From: Octopus sinensis
Taxonomy: Eukaryota
Assembly: GCF_006345805.1 (NCBI RefSeq)
Contig: NC_043008.1
Coordinates: 18,104,001 to 18,168,000 of the forward strand
Direction of reading: 5' to 3'
Length of the DNA: 64,000 nt
Shown: positions 50,991-64,000 of the stretch, piece after piece
How positions within the stretch are numbered: the first letter of the stretch is position 1
Layout: each line of letters begins with the position of its first letter
Translations under genes and position numbers: made by a program
The notes under the pieces: model-generated
The model's input: only the letters and a program-made list of their open reading frames with translations
Databases searched by the model: none
Told to the model about the DNA's origin: nothing

Positions 50991-53404
50991 CTGTAAATTT
51001 GTTTTGTCAAAGTCCTTTCGGTACCATTCGTGCTCTCACCAATAACATGCCATCTTTATACCATGTCTGTTCAGGAGCTGAAGCAAAAAGAAGTACTGTT
51101 CTTGATTTTATTGAGCACATTAGCGCTATAACTGTAGTGAAACAATTCGAATTTAAATTGAAATTATGCCAAGATTTCGTCTGAGGAAAGGAATTTTATT
51201 CAATTAAATTTTATAAACAGAAATTTGAAGTCGATTGAAAAGTTTAGTGCATGATTTAATGGGTACGCAATTTGTAGAACTATGAACTTCAAACGCAGTT
51301 TATGTCTTGATATATATTCTTATTCGTTGTTATGTAGATAAAGGAAAGGCGATCATCTATCAGAAGTTTGATGTAATAATAAAGAAAAATTCAAAACAAT
51401 GAAAATTTAAACTATCTAAAAATACCAGTTATGTATGGGCGTGATGTGTGGAGTACTGTTACCGAATAGAAAAATTCTTAACCTCATACAAATGTAGATT
51501 TAAGTAAATTACAATGGGATATTCTTTTCTGTACTGGCTAACTGCATACTCAGTATACGGTTAACCAGTACAGTTTGTGTAATGTGTAGCGAGAATCTCA
51601 GCAACAAATTTGATACATGTAATGTTTACGGTGACATTCCCGCAACCGTAAAGATTCTGGGGGTCGGATTAGCAAACCGCATAAGCGGTAAGTGATGGTA
51701 AACATCACCAAGACAAATTAGGGAAATATTGGAGCAATATTCGATATATTTATCAAGGAAGTAACAGTAAAGAATAGTAAAGTAGAAGAGACGGCAAATG
51801 AATGAAAAGAGGTGCATAGAAAAAGGATCGCGAATGAAGGGCTAGCGGCGGGAATAGCATTCCACTTATTTCGACGCAAAACACGGAGGCTATCTTGTAA
51901 ACACTAGTCCTGTGCACTGAAGCAGGATAAACAAAATTGTTTGACAAGGGCAAGGCTAGCAATAAAACATGATTTCAATGTCTAACAGCGGGTGTTAGCT
52001 ACTCATGCCAAGCAAGTGCGTGGGTGTGTATAAACAGATCTGCTAAATCTTTCATAAGTCTGGACATAGTGAAAACAGTAGTCTTCGATGCAGAGGAGTA
52101 CTGCAAGGGAGGTTTTAGTGGGCAAAGTAACGGACATATCTGAATTGCTGTGAAGAATATATCGCGAGTACTGAATCAGACAACTCACGAGCTCTACTAA
52201 TATATGCAGGATTCATCCTCTACTGCTTTTGCAACCGTCTATTGAAGCTGAGAAAAGAGTGGAAGCATTTCCTAGCTGCGTAAGCTTGATAGTGATGTGA
52301 ATTATGTGTAAGTATTCTAACAAAGAGACCTTTAGAGAATGCAGGCTTTCGTGACCAGGATAACCGCCAATTCATGCCTTACACATTGGAACGAACCTGC
52401 TACAAGTGTAGTTTAGACTGATCCAAATTGGAGAAAGCTTTCACACAGCTTTTACTAATATTTCAAGAGACTCTTGTACAAAACTGCATGAGTCGTACGC
52501 AGTGTTGCTAGAGACACCAGCGTTTCAAATTAGAAAAAAAAAACCATTGAAAATGATTACAAATATTAACATAATCCCGTGCCACCAAGAAGCAATCACA
52601 TTGCGAAAATGTATCAGCGGTGACAAAATGTGTGACAAAAGACAGCCGTTGTGACAGGTGGATTTCCTTTACCGCAGCCCGGCACAAAAAGAAAGCATCA
52701 AAATTGCTAAATGTTAAAAAAAATTATGCTGTATGTACTTTTTCTGTCTATGTGTAGAAAGACATCGTTTCACTTCAGATTGTTCAATTTAACGTTTTCG
52801 TTAAAGATCTTCAGCGGTTTGAAAAAATAGCTCGTTGGAAACATTCGTGACAAACCCTTTCCATCACTGTCACAAGCACTTTAGCTTCGACCAACACATT
52901 TACACACATCTTCACTGGTCATAGGATCGGCTGTCTCAGGCCTAACTCTCATAACATGTAATAATGGTTTAGTGAGTAGAACACTCAAGGCGTCCAATTC
53001 CTACTCTTTTTCTACAAGTCACATCAAGCACATAATTCTTCTTACATCCTCTGACATTTAGGCTCGATCTGTCTTTGACACCTTCTTTAATATTGACAAA
53101 CACATTGATCTTAATATCTAATATACCCTTCCCCAAAAAAAACATCCAGCTTATGAAACACAAACCCTAAAACTACTTTACGTTTTACACGGCATTTCAA
53201 AAGAAAATCTTATCGCCAAATGGGTCTGTAAAAAAATTAAGTAGATACATAAATATTTTTAAAAAACAGGGAGCATATTTCTTGTATGTTAAACAACCCC
53301 CACCCCTTAGGCACTGCTACATCCAAAACAATAAGTATAAATTTCTCGATTTAACTCCCATGCTTCTGAATGATACGCTGTCACAGTATATTTCATTAAC
53401 GTAC

Positions 53405-53641
53405 ACAGCTAGCTAGCTAGCTAGCTAGACAGACAGACATACCGATATATAGATAGATATATAGCTAGCTAGACAGACAGACAGACCGATAGATAGATAT
53501 ACAGAAACATAGATAGATAGATAGACAGACAGACACATAGATAGATAGACAGACAGACCGATAGATAGATGGATAGTTATACAGAAACATAGATAGATAT
53601 ATAGATAGATAGATAGATAGATAGGTAGATAGGTAGCTAGG

Positions 53642-53680
<39 letters not shown>

Positions 53681-53700
53681 CTAGGTAGATAGATAGCCAC
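53405..53700. repeat. Compound (GATA)/(GACA)/(GCTA) microsatellite with internal higher-order duplication
   Basis: GACAGACCGATAGATAGAT...ATACAGAAACATAGATAG occurs twice. Confidence 0.9.
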
Positions 53701-54852
53701 AAAGACACACATATATAACATTTTATTGAAGTTGATAAAACTTCACTAACCGTTACATATAGTTTCACGTGACCGATCATCCGGTTGGCATGTGTGAAAC
53801 TCTGAGCAGCACTTATTGAAATCTTTTCCGCTCTAATTAAATGCTATTTCACTGTTTTGTAGCCAAGATCTATTTTATTCGATTTTGTGTTGCACCCATA
53901 TGCTCACATTTACATATTTGTGTGTTGTGTGTGTCTATGCATATATGTATGCATACATACATACATGTATGTATGTTTGTATGTGAGTGAATTCACGTAA
54001 ATATGGATGTATGTAAATTATATAGGTAAAGGTATAGTGCCAACTACGCTTTAGTAAGGTTGTGTATAGCTGCAGAGCTAGGGCATGCAGTGAAGGAGTC
54101 TATCAAAGTTAGTTTTGCGTCTTACTATTTTCCTTTTATATTACAGCCTTACGTACATCGACGTACATCGTCTCAGTGTTCAGAGAAGAAGAATTATTGC
54201 ATACAAATCTAAAGAAAGTACTTAATGGAAATAAACATGAAAAATGTGGTGGTTCTGGAAGATTTTATAGATCAATTAGATGATGGTAATCAAATTAATG
54301 CGGCATGACATTGTGAAAGAACTAATTAGGAGACAGTTAAGTCCAGTCGATGAGATCTGACTGAAATAAATGAATCAAAATTGAGCGGATGCCAGAGGTA
54401 GAGAGATGTCCAAACTTGAATCAGCCAGCGAGTACAAATAAAAGGATTCGCTTTTTCACCCCTCCTACATTTAGAGATGCCGCAATTAATACGTGGGGCA
54501 GATTTGTGATAGAGGATCATACTGTAAGAAACATTTTTCTTTAAATATAGAAACACTCTGACAAAACCTAGAGGCAGTGATATATTAAACATTTATTTGT
54601 CATTCAAAACTTCTATAATTAAAATAGTTTGGCGATTCAATTTATTTTAATCACTAATATATTATTTTCTTCGCACAGAGCAGAATTTGAAAGGTGGCAT
54701 TTCGTAAACTTTAGCTGTCACTTGGAAATTATTGAGATAACTTTATTGGCACAAAGATAAAGCAATTTTCGTATTAGAATGTATAGATGCATACATACAT
54801 ACACGTATGTATGTGTCAGAATGGTGATGTAAGCATACACAAATATCTACGC

Positions 54853-54907
<55 letters not shown>

Positions 54908-54931
54908 TTTCTAATTCTCTCTAAAGGAGAC

Positions 54932-54976
<45 letters not shown>

Positions 54977-55201
54977 GTATATATATGCATGCATAGATGC
55001 ATATGTACACAAACTACAGGTATGTTCGTATAATATATTATGCATACGAAGATATATATATATATACGTAGAAACATATATAACGAGAAGCATATTATAA
55101 TAGCATTGAATACATGTGCTTACGAGTATATATATGTCTATACGTGCATACATATACACATACATAATATGCATACGTACATATATAATGGCGTCTATCT
55201 C

Positions 55202-55238
<37 letters not shown>

Positions 55239-55778
55239 TTATATATATATACATATATATATATATTTATATATATATACATTATACATATATATGCATG
55301 TTTAGACGTATGTATTTATGTATGTAATTCACCATTAAAGTGTAAATTAGTTCATAGCAGGTTATGTTTTCCAATTATAAATTACTAAATATCTTCATAA
55401 TAATTCTCTTATTATGAATAATTTGTCACATTAGTATTTTCCAAGCAGAATCTACAGAAAGAATTTACACTTACGAATGTATTCTTCACGAAAATTTCAA
55501 TTATGTTAAATGAAATATTTCAATATTTGTTTGTTTGTTTTTTTATATAACATAACAGCAGAAGGTGACATTTTGGCAGGCAGTTTACTGTAAGAGACTA
55601 TGTTTATCTTAGTATTTTTGTTTTTCCTGTGTAATTTAGTGTTAACGTATTTAATGCGATGATTATTAAAAACCGCTCGTGATTATGCCTTGCGGGGAAA
55701 ATAATATTAGTTCATGACGAAAATAATATTTGTATTTCCCTCGAATATAACGATCACCACCAGACTTACTTCGGTATT

Positions 55779-56510
55779 TGGCAGAATCGTTAGCACGTCG
55801 GCCGGAATGCTTAGCGGTATTTCGTCTGCCATTACGTTGTGAGTTCAAATTCCGCCGAGGTCGACTTTGCCTTTCATCCTTTCGGGGTCGATAAACTAAG
55901 TACCAGTTACGTACTGGGGTCGATGTAATCGACTTAATACCTATGTCTGTCCGTGTTTGTCCCCTCTGTGTTTAGCCCCTTGTGGGTAATAAAGAAATAG
56001 GTATTTCGTCTGCCGGTACGTTCTGAGTTCAAATTCCGCCGAGGTCAACTTTGCCTTTCATACACTCGGGGTCGATTAAATAAGTACCAGTTACTCACTG
56101 GGATCGATGTAATCGACTTAATACCTATGTCTGTCCTTGTTTGTCCCTTCTGTGTTTAGCCCCTTGTGGGTAATAAAGAAATAGGTACGTTCTGATTTCA
56201 AATTCCGCCGAGGTCAACTTTGCTTTTCATACTTTCAGGGTCGATAAATTAAGTACCAGTTACTCACTGGAGTCGATGTAATCGACTTAATCCGTTTGTC
56301 TGTCCTTGTTTGTCCCGTCTGTGTTTAGCCCCTTGTGGGTAATAAAGAAATAGGTACGTTCTGAGTTCAAATTGCGCCGAGGTCAACTTTGCTTTTCATA
56401 CTTTCGGGGTCGATTAAATAAGTACCAGTTACGCATTGGGGTCGATATAATCGACTTAATCCGTTTATCTGTCCTTATTTGTCCCCTCTGTGTGTAGACC
56501 CTTGTGGGCA
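55779..56510 (+). mobile_element. SINE-A array: truncated head plus four units (periods 184, 184, 169 bp)
   Basis: Units start at 55816, 56000, 56184 and 56353; the last two start at GGTACG instead of GGTATTTC. Confidence 0.95.
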
Positions 56511-56529
56511 GTATTCCAAACTGCGTAAT

Positions 56530-56730
56530 CTTTAATGCAATGACAGAAATATCGTGCGCAGTCGTACTAAAATGTCGTGTGTTTGACCGAATTCTAATTC
56601 CGCCGAGGTCGACTTTATCCTTCATCTTTTCGGGGTCAATAAATTAAGTACCAATTGCGTACTGAGTTCGATCCAATCAACTGGCCGCCTCCCCAAAAAT
56701 TTCGGGCGTGGTGCCTAGAGTAGAAATGTA
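56530..56730 (+). mobile_element. Degenerate SINE-A with the alternative tail
   Basis: AATTCCGCCGAGGTCGACTTT...CCCCAAAAATTTCGGGCGTGGTGCC. Confidence 0.75.
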
Positions 56731-57307
56731 TATTATATCTTTCAATCATTTCAATCATCAGATTGAGGCCGCGCTGGAGCACTGCCTCGAAGTGTTTTAG
56801 TAAAACAACACCCCACTTCCCACTGCAGTACTCTTTTGCTTTTATTTTTAAATTCTATTATTAATTTTATCAGTTCCTTCGCCGAACTGCTAGTTTATGT
56901 AAATCTAAAAGATCCATTATCGGTTGTCGAGCTGTGGGGTGGTATAATATATATATATATATATATATTATAGATATAGGGAAAATAATTATTAATTTAA
57001 TAATTAATAAATTTTACCAAGTACCTTCGGTATAGGTAAAAAGCATCATCTGCAAAAACTTATACAAAAAGTTTGTAATTTTTTATAATTATAAACATAA
57101 TTAAGGGATTAGCCAAAAGTTCCTTCACCACATAACGAAAATTTAGAAATAGCAGTCAAAACTACTAAGTCTTCTACTATAATATATTTCCACAGACAGT
57201 AATACTCGTGACTAACATAGGCAAAACGAAGAAAATATATTCACAGACACTCGCGCACAAACTCACGCTCGCACTTATATAAATATATGCAAGCACCGTG
57301 TCTGCGT

Positions 57308-57445
57308 ACAATATCCACTCACAAGTCATTAGCAGGTCCAGAGCTATAGTAGAAGTCATTTAGTCAAGGTGCTTCGCAATGGGACTGAACTCGAAGCTAC
57401 GTGGCTGCAAAGCGACTTTCTTAACTACGCAACCATTCCGGCGTA
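57308..57445 (-). mobile_element. Degenerate SINE-B head
   Basis: ATCCACTCACAAG...GCTATAGTAGAAG..A.TT.G.CAAGGTGC..CGCA.TGGGACTGAAC. Confidence 0.7.
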
Positions 57446-57824
57446 TAATTTTATAGTCATTTCAATGTTAGGTACATATAGTGCAAAGCACATTAAATAT
57501 TTAATTGACAATTATTGTGAGGGAAAAACTGTTTCATCTAACGATTAATTGGAATTTCATTTCTTCAGCGCGTTCAAGAAAAACATTGTTTTATGTTTCG
57601 GCATTATTCTGATCTGCTCTGCGATACATACATTTCACTGTACTTACCGAAATTATAATGAGGGATCGCTACTTAAATATACAAGTTTTTATATAATAAA
57701 GTGAAGTGATTCACAGAATTCTTGAGTGCAATAAAATCATCAGTTTGTAATAAACAGGCATTATTAATCAAGTCTGACCAATCTACAGCAGGTTTCACAT
57801 TGTATATAATGAAAGTAACAGAAA

Positions 57825-58219
57825 TCTAATATATAAAGCTGAAGATGTCTTTGTGTGTGTGGAAGGTTTGGTAGCCTTCAACTAACACTGTCTTCTCCGA
57901 GACCCTGCGGCGCAAGTTGACCAAAATTGAGAGTATGATAGAAGAAGGCTTGCTCTTCTTTCCGTAGAAAAGAATTTTTAAATCTCACCATGTTAACACC
58001 AAAAATTATTTACATCAAAGAGTTGCTTTTTTTTTCTATGAAAGTCCCTATTTTTTACGATTTTTTTATAGCTGTGTCGCTATTTTTCGGTGTATTTCAA
58101 CCAGATAAATGTTCACTTAAAGTGAATAACAAGCTACATAATGCAGAATTTTTACTTTTCAAAAATTCCAATTCTAAAGGGTCGAAATAAACCCGAGCAA
58201 CGCCGGGCGATACTGCTAG
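57825..58219 (+). mobile_element. Non-autonomous Helitron
   Basis: 5' TC (A|TCTAATATATAAA), 3' hairpin CCCGAGCAACGCCGGG followed by CTAG|T; inserted between A and T with no TSD. Confidence 0.85.
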
Positions 58220-60927
58220 TAATGAATAAAAAATTTTTCCATATTGTACAGTTAAGAAAATTGTCATCTCGTGAGTTTGGCAAACAGCGAATACGAGCAG
58301 TTTAACCGATCTGTCTGTTCATCGTCCCACTACGATGCCAGGTTGTATGGATCTGTTTGCTACTCCAGGTGCCGAGTCCCTGGTCCATCTACTTTTGTTG
58401 GTTAGTTTTTGATGTCACAGCTTCCCACTCCCTCAGAACAGTACCGATAACGTCGATGTGTTCTGTTTTCAGACACTATTGCTCTGACGTCGTTTGTTCA
58501 TGATAATTCACCTCTCATATATTATTTAACGCGACATGCCCCTCGAAGACTCTAACTCCCGTAGTAGTAATTCAACCGCCAAAAGCAGACCAAAAACATG
58601 ATATTAAACGTTTCTCCTAGATGGCCATTTACTCTTGGCACTGAGAAAATGTCGCTGATACTACAGGGATCCAATCTATGAATAAGAGACCGAAGCCAGC
58701 CGGTGAGAGATAGATGCTTACGAATCGAGAGAGAGGGAGAGACAGAAATAAATTTCGTGGAAGAAGAGACAGCAACATCGAAAAAGGAAAGAGAGAAACT
58801 TCCAAGGAGAAAGATAAGGAGAGAGTGAGAGAGAGAGAGAGAAAGAGAGAGAAATAGAAAGAGGGAGAAAGAGAGTGAGAGGGTGAAACTGTGAGGTAGA
58901 TGGAAGGACAAAAACTGTCAAGTACTGAAGCTCAGCTCAATCCAATAATTTCGAATTATTAAAATATATCAGATCACCGCATATGTCAGGTTCATTACCA
59001 GCCTTTTTCTATGATGCATTGCGTGAGATTGAGTTATCGTGCATAGATCTGCGTGGGATTGTGGTTGTCTGTCCATCTCGTACAAGGATATCGAGAACAA
59101 GTACCAACACTTTGGATTACATCCTAATCAATGTCTTCCACTCGCCAAACTATTCTATTCAGCAAAAACCACCACATCTTTTTGCGCAGGACTGAGAATT
59201 GGTACGTTCTTCTGCGATTTGCAATAGTTTTCTTTCAAGAAGAACTCGAACATATCTCGCATATGAAAAAGGACAAACCATACTTCGTGGTGGGCGCCCT
59301 TTCTGCTTCTAAATGCGTAACCGTTCCCATAAGAGTTGGTAAATTCACGCAGCGATACGGATGTCCTTGTTTGCGAAGTTATGCATTCTAGTTCAAATCA
59401 TGCAAAAATCTTTTTCCTTTCCAATAGTTTTACTGCTCAACAACAGCCGTAGAAGGGATTTTCTACACTGTGACACACTTTTCTGAATATGCCATCCAAT
59501 TCTTCCCCAGTGAACTTAGTCTGAAGTAACGTAATTCTACGATTAAAATATCTACGATTAAAACAGTTGGAACGTATTTAATCATAAGTAAATATTACGT
59601 GAATCCATTTTGAAGCTTTACTAGATATTTCTTTTGCCAGATACTGTGTTGTTAAAGTTATGCAAAATAACACTCACTTATTATTAGAGCTCCAGTAGAA
59701 GTTTTCAAAAAAGTAGGCGATTTTATTCAAAACATTTAATTAGCTTCTGTAAAAGATAATCATAGTTTTCTTTGAGGTATTTAATTAATGAATAAAGACA
59801 ATATTGCAAAGTTTATTTGAAAAGAGCACACAAAAAATTATGTAAAATGAAAATAGAAGCGTTGATTACAAGACAAGTTTCAATATGACTTCGTTGATTC
59901 CAATATAAATATTTAAGGATTAAAATACGAGCGCTGTGTCATAAAGATTGTGTCTAACGTGTTAAAATATGGTCAAGAGAATTATAATTAACCAATAATA
60001 GTTTATCGATCTTCGTTTTAACCGACTCAGCAGCATACTGTTCCAAAAGCCGGATGAAATATCCTTCCGGATACACGTTACTCTCACCAAAAATTCCATC
60101 ACTGTTAGATTGCATTCAATACAAACTGTGATAATTACGTGTGTTCTTGTTTTAAGTAGGCATGTGTGCTGCGTTGACTCTACAACGTAAACGGTTGAAA
60201 AGAATACAAGTATCAACTCACATGAAGATATGTAAAACAAAAAGAATTACCCCCCAGCAAATAGTAATTTCTAGAACATAATTCAACACCGTTTTGAAAT
60301 GCCTCACTATTAACAGAGCATTATGCCATGTCAGCGTGTTGTAATACTTAAATATTTATACTGAAAGCTGCGAAATCACATTTAAGTTCTGCTTGTCACA
60401 AATTCTCCCTTTTTTCATTTCTATTAATCGCTTTGAAAATTTATACATTTTCAATCGAATAAAACTTGTAATAATGCTCTATGCATTAATTAAAAATGCC
60501 AGAGCCCATTAAAGAACCTGATTTAGTATTTTGAATGAACTCAACTGCGTAGTGGAAAATTCTATGTGAGGTTCTGTTACAACATTATTTTTAAACAGGA
60601 AACACAACTTGGTTTTGTTTGCCTGTTTGTCTTTGAAAAAGCATCGCTCCAACGTTTCATTATCAAACTAGTTTCCTCTGTATTTACTCGAGACCAAGTT
60701 TGGTAAGTGATGGGCGGTACTGAAGTGATATTTAGTTAGCGAAGTGTTTAACTGATACTGAATCTGATAGTTCCAATGGTGCCTTCAATGGTATGTTTTT
60801 ACTTTCTACTTTCCGATAGTACCAATCACTTTATAAACATGTGTACATAATCTGAGCCCACATATGCATATGTATATATGTATATATTTAAGTATCTACA
60901 TATACGTATGTATATATATACATATAT

Positions 60928-61240
60928 GTGGAGGCGCAATGGCCCAGTGGTTAGGGCAGCGGACTCGTGGTCGTAGGATCGCGGTTTCGATTCCCAGACC
61001 GGGCGTTGTGTGTGTTTATTGAGCGAAAACACCTAAAAAGCTCCACGAGGCTCCGGCAGGGGGTGGTGATCCCAGCTGTACTCCTGCACCACTCTTTCTC
61101 TCACTCTTTCTGCTGTTGGCCTGCTCGCTTAGCCAGCGGGGTGGCGCCATTCGAAGGCTAAAACAATGCGAAAGCATTGTGACCAGCGATGTGTAGCAAC
61201 ATCTGAAGGTCTGGTCGGTCACGTGACGTGACGTGACGTG
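60928..61240 (+). mobile_element. SINE-D full copy with (CGTGA)n tail
   Basis: TGGCCCAGTGG A-box, GGTTTCGATTCCC B-box, tail GGTCACGTGACGTGACGTGACGTGA. Confidence 0.88.
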
Positions 61241-62691
61241 ATATACATATATATTATTTATATTATTATATGATTGAATGCCACGCATCCATTTCCAAGT
61301 AAGTTTTATCCTAATAATTCTGATGCAACACTTTCTATTCTATTCTATTATTATGTTACTCTTTCGTTTTCTCTCTTCCATTACTCTATTATTCTATCAC
61401 TCTTTCGTTTTCTCTCTTCTCCATAATTCTTTTAATCTCCACTTCTCCCCCTCTCGTTTTTTTCTTATCCTTTCTCTATTTTTCTCTCCCTTTCACCGTT
61501 CTCTGTCTCTGACACTTCTTTCTTTGTTATTTCGTGGCTCCTACGTGACCATCGGCCACCTCTCTTCCTTTGCCTAACTTGTGTTTCTTTCTTTCCTCCA
61601 GATACAGACTAGACGTATTCTAGTCTGTCACTTGTCCAAGCTTGCTTCTTTGCGTTCGCTACATCACTTCGTTTAAGCTTAACAGCCCTTTTTGTTTTCA
61701 CTGTCCTGTTTATGTTACCCATTTTGACCCTCCGCAAAATTCAAAATTTTATTTAATTTGTTTGCGGGAGCAACTGTTTTATTAAAGTCATATCTTATCG
61801 AAAAATGCTCGAAATACGGATTAGAAAAACAACTGATGAAGGGTCGTTATTTATGTTGCATGTCTTGCTTTCCATTCGTTTCCTTTGTTGTTCGCAAAAA
61901 ATTCATATTCCATGTATTCTTATTTCGCATTCCATACTTTCGTATTTTTTGTTGTATACGTTCTGTGACGTCCTGTGCCCACATATGCATATGTATACAC
62001 GCATATATGCATGTACATATACGTATGTATATATGCATATATATATACATATATATATATATATACACACACACACATGTATATATATACATATATATAT
62101 ATAATTATATATATATATGTATATATATACATAGATTATCAAAGTGAGTGTGTATGTGTGTGGCGTAATGGTACATAAACTTTGTGGGATATAAATTTAA
62201 AATTATGCCTTGGTCGCTAGTTCCAGTGGAAAACCTAATTAACTTGAGTGGTTTTCTAGGATAGTGGGGGCAAGCTACTGCGATTAAAGGAAGAGTGGTT
62301 CAATGCAAAGGGGAGTTGTTGTTTGAAGTTATTATGCTTTTATCAAAACAAAGCAACGAAAAATAAAATTCTCTTTTTGCTTCGTATCCAAATTCGTCGT
62401 AACAAAATCTAAATCTAGAACTAGGTCTCTAAGCCACAGGGCTTAGAGAATTTGAAATAGTTTTAGTTCTTTTGCAAAGTTATTTGAATACTCAAAGGAT
62501 TCATATTATATTATCTTAAGAAACTTTAGATGCCGCAAATTTCCACGTTAGTATATTATTGTTTTTCATCATTTTAAACGACCGAGTATAAGAGGATAAT
62601 GAATCAGACCCGATTTCAGTTTTTGAAAAAGTCATAAGCGTTACTTTAGTCACTGACACAAAGTTTATTAATTTTTATTAATTCCAATTGC

Positions 62692-63100
62692 GGGCGGTGA
62701 GTTGGCAGAATCGTTAGCACACCGGGCGAAATGCTTAGCAGTATTTCGCCTGCCCTAACGTTCTGAGTTCAAATTCTGCCGAGGTCGACTTTGCTTTTTC
62801 TCCTTTTCGATCGATAAATTAAGTACCAGTTACGCACTGGAGTCGCTATAATCGACTTAATCCCTTTCTCAGTCCTTGTTTGTCCCCTCTATGTTCAGCT
62901 CCTTGTGGACAATAAAGAAATAAGAATCGTTAGCACACTGGGCAAAAAAATTAACGTTTTGAGCTCAAGTTCCACCAAGGTTGACTATACCTTTTATCCA
63001 TTCAGGATCCTTAGATTTAGTACCAGTTGACCACTGGAGTCGATATAATCGACTAGCCCCTTTCCCTCAAATTTCAGGCCTTGTACCTATAGCAGAAAAT
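62692..63100 (+). mobile_element. SINE-A (Tx1-type tail) joined directly to a second SINE-A with the alternative tail
   Basis: Junction AAAGAAATA|AGAATCGTTAGC at ~62922 restarts inside the A-box region. Confidence 0.85.
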
Positions 63101-63189
63101 AATATAAAAATTTCCCCCCCAAAAAAAGAGCCAACTGACAGAATCCAATTAGCGAGATGAGCAAAATTATTGAGGAGTTTCCTCTACTT

Positions 63190-63340
63190 TACGCCTAGAG
63201 TTCAAATTCCGCCGAGGTTGACTTTGCCTAACATCATTCGGGTTCGATAAAGTAAGTACCAGTTGAACACTGGTGTCGATGTAATCGACTCACCATTTGG
63301 TCAGAAATTGCTGGCTTTGTGCCAATATTTGTAACCTATA
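63190..63340 (+). mobile_element. SINE-A fragment with the alternative tail
   Basis: GAGTTCAAATTCCGCCGAGG...GAAATTGCTGGCTTTGTGCCAATATTTG. Confidence 0.8.
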
Positions 63341-63924
63341 TTATCTATTTCATGTTCGATAGGTTTAGTTATCCTTGATGTAATATATTATTCATAATTT
63401 GGTTATTTATCTAAATATTATTTAATTACCTTAATTTAATAATTTTTTCATCGTCTTTGATGGTAAATGGTCAAATATATCCCGGTTGAAACGTGTCTTT
63501 GATGTCTGTGAGGTTAACAAAAAGTAGCATGCAAACGTATTGATATTATTGATTATACCGACGAAAAAGTGTCGAACCATCTGCATGCGGGCGAATTCAA
63601 TTTTATTTGATTCGCGTGGGAACAGCAGCGCTAGCGCAGCGGACAGAATGATATGAATGTCTATATATTTTACGTTGCATTCTGTGCTTACATACCGTTA
63701 AATTTGTATTTATCTTTTATCCTTCCAATGCATAAATTAAGAACTATACATGCACTCTAGTTCAAATACTAAACTGTTCATGCTATGTGTGATCTTGTCT
63801 GTTTCTACAAAGGATTAAGGAGCAAGTAGGCCGTGGATCTTTTACATATTGCACAAGTTTACTGTAAAACATGTATGTACGTATTTTCCTTATGGGTGCA
63901 TATATGAGATTCTATTATTTCCAC

Positions 63925-64000
63925 TTACTCTTTTTATTATTACTCTTTTACTTGTTTCAGTCAGTTGACTGTGGCTATGCTGGAGCACCACCTTTAGGCG
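63925..64000 (-). mobile_element. SINE-B tail running off the window edge
   Basis: TACTCTTTTACTTGTTTCAGTCAGTTGACTGTGGCTATGCTGGAGCACC. Confidence 0.85.

Noticed and set aside
51980-52145. DEAD-box helicase pseudogene (LDIVKTVVFDAEE, RVLAT..TDLL)
   Set aside because: The motif-like words are in the wrong order and in different frames; likely coincidence.
58990-59260. Gypsy integrase zinc-finger remnant on the minus strand
   Set aside because: Similarity (VW...ID.DV..SV.TC) is too weak and interrupted to support a call.
60928-61003. tRNA gene (likewise 16411, 26260-26330, 50910-50990)
   Set aside because: A and B boxes are present, but the acceptor stem is broken and the sequence runs on into SINE body without a poly-T terminator.
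61805-61850. Permuted hammerhead (CGAAATACGGATT...CTGATGAAGGG)
   Set aside because: The core words are present but no stem I can form and stem II is marginal.

Overview
AT-rich, microsatellite-saturated animal DNA, most consistent with a coleoid cephalopod (Octopus-like SINEs, very long (TA)n/(TACA)n/(GATA)n tracts). Nearly all 'ORFs' in the track are microsatellite artefacts. The real content is mobile DNA: a full-length but frameshifted Tx1-clade (L1 group) LINE (4279-9683), a 5'-truncated CR1-like LINE (12906-14720, -), RTE fragments, Penelope-like remnants with minimal hammerhead ribozyme motifs, non-autonomous Helitrons, a MITE, a Tc1 fragment, a diverged dimeric satellite, and about 30 tRNA-derived SINE copies in four families (my working names SINE-A to D). 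No host gene can be named; two in-frame plus-strand exon candidates exist (22224-22349, 43981-44067). The most interesting signal is a LINE/SINE network readable within this one window. (i) The Tx1 element sits inside the tRNA head of SINE-B, and its 3' UTR carries the exact antisense of its 9-bp target duplication. (ii) Its 3' end shares a perfect 26-nt block and a terminal hairpin with the SINE-A tail. (iii) SINE-A forms head+(184 bp)n arrays whose junction is the palindrome GAAATA-GG-TATTTC, and it repeatedly lands at GGTA sites. (iv) The CR1 3' stem-loop covaries with the SINE-B tail. No database search or folding program was run. Family assignments rest on motif recognition, and boundaries of degenerate repeats are approximate.
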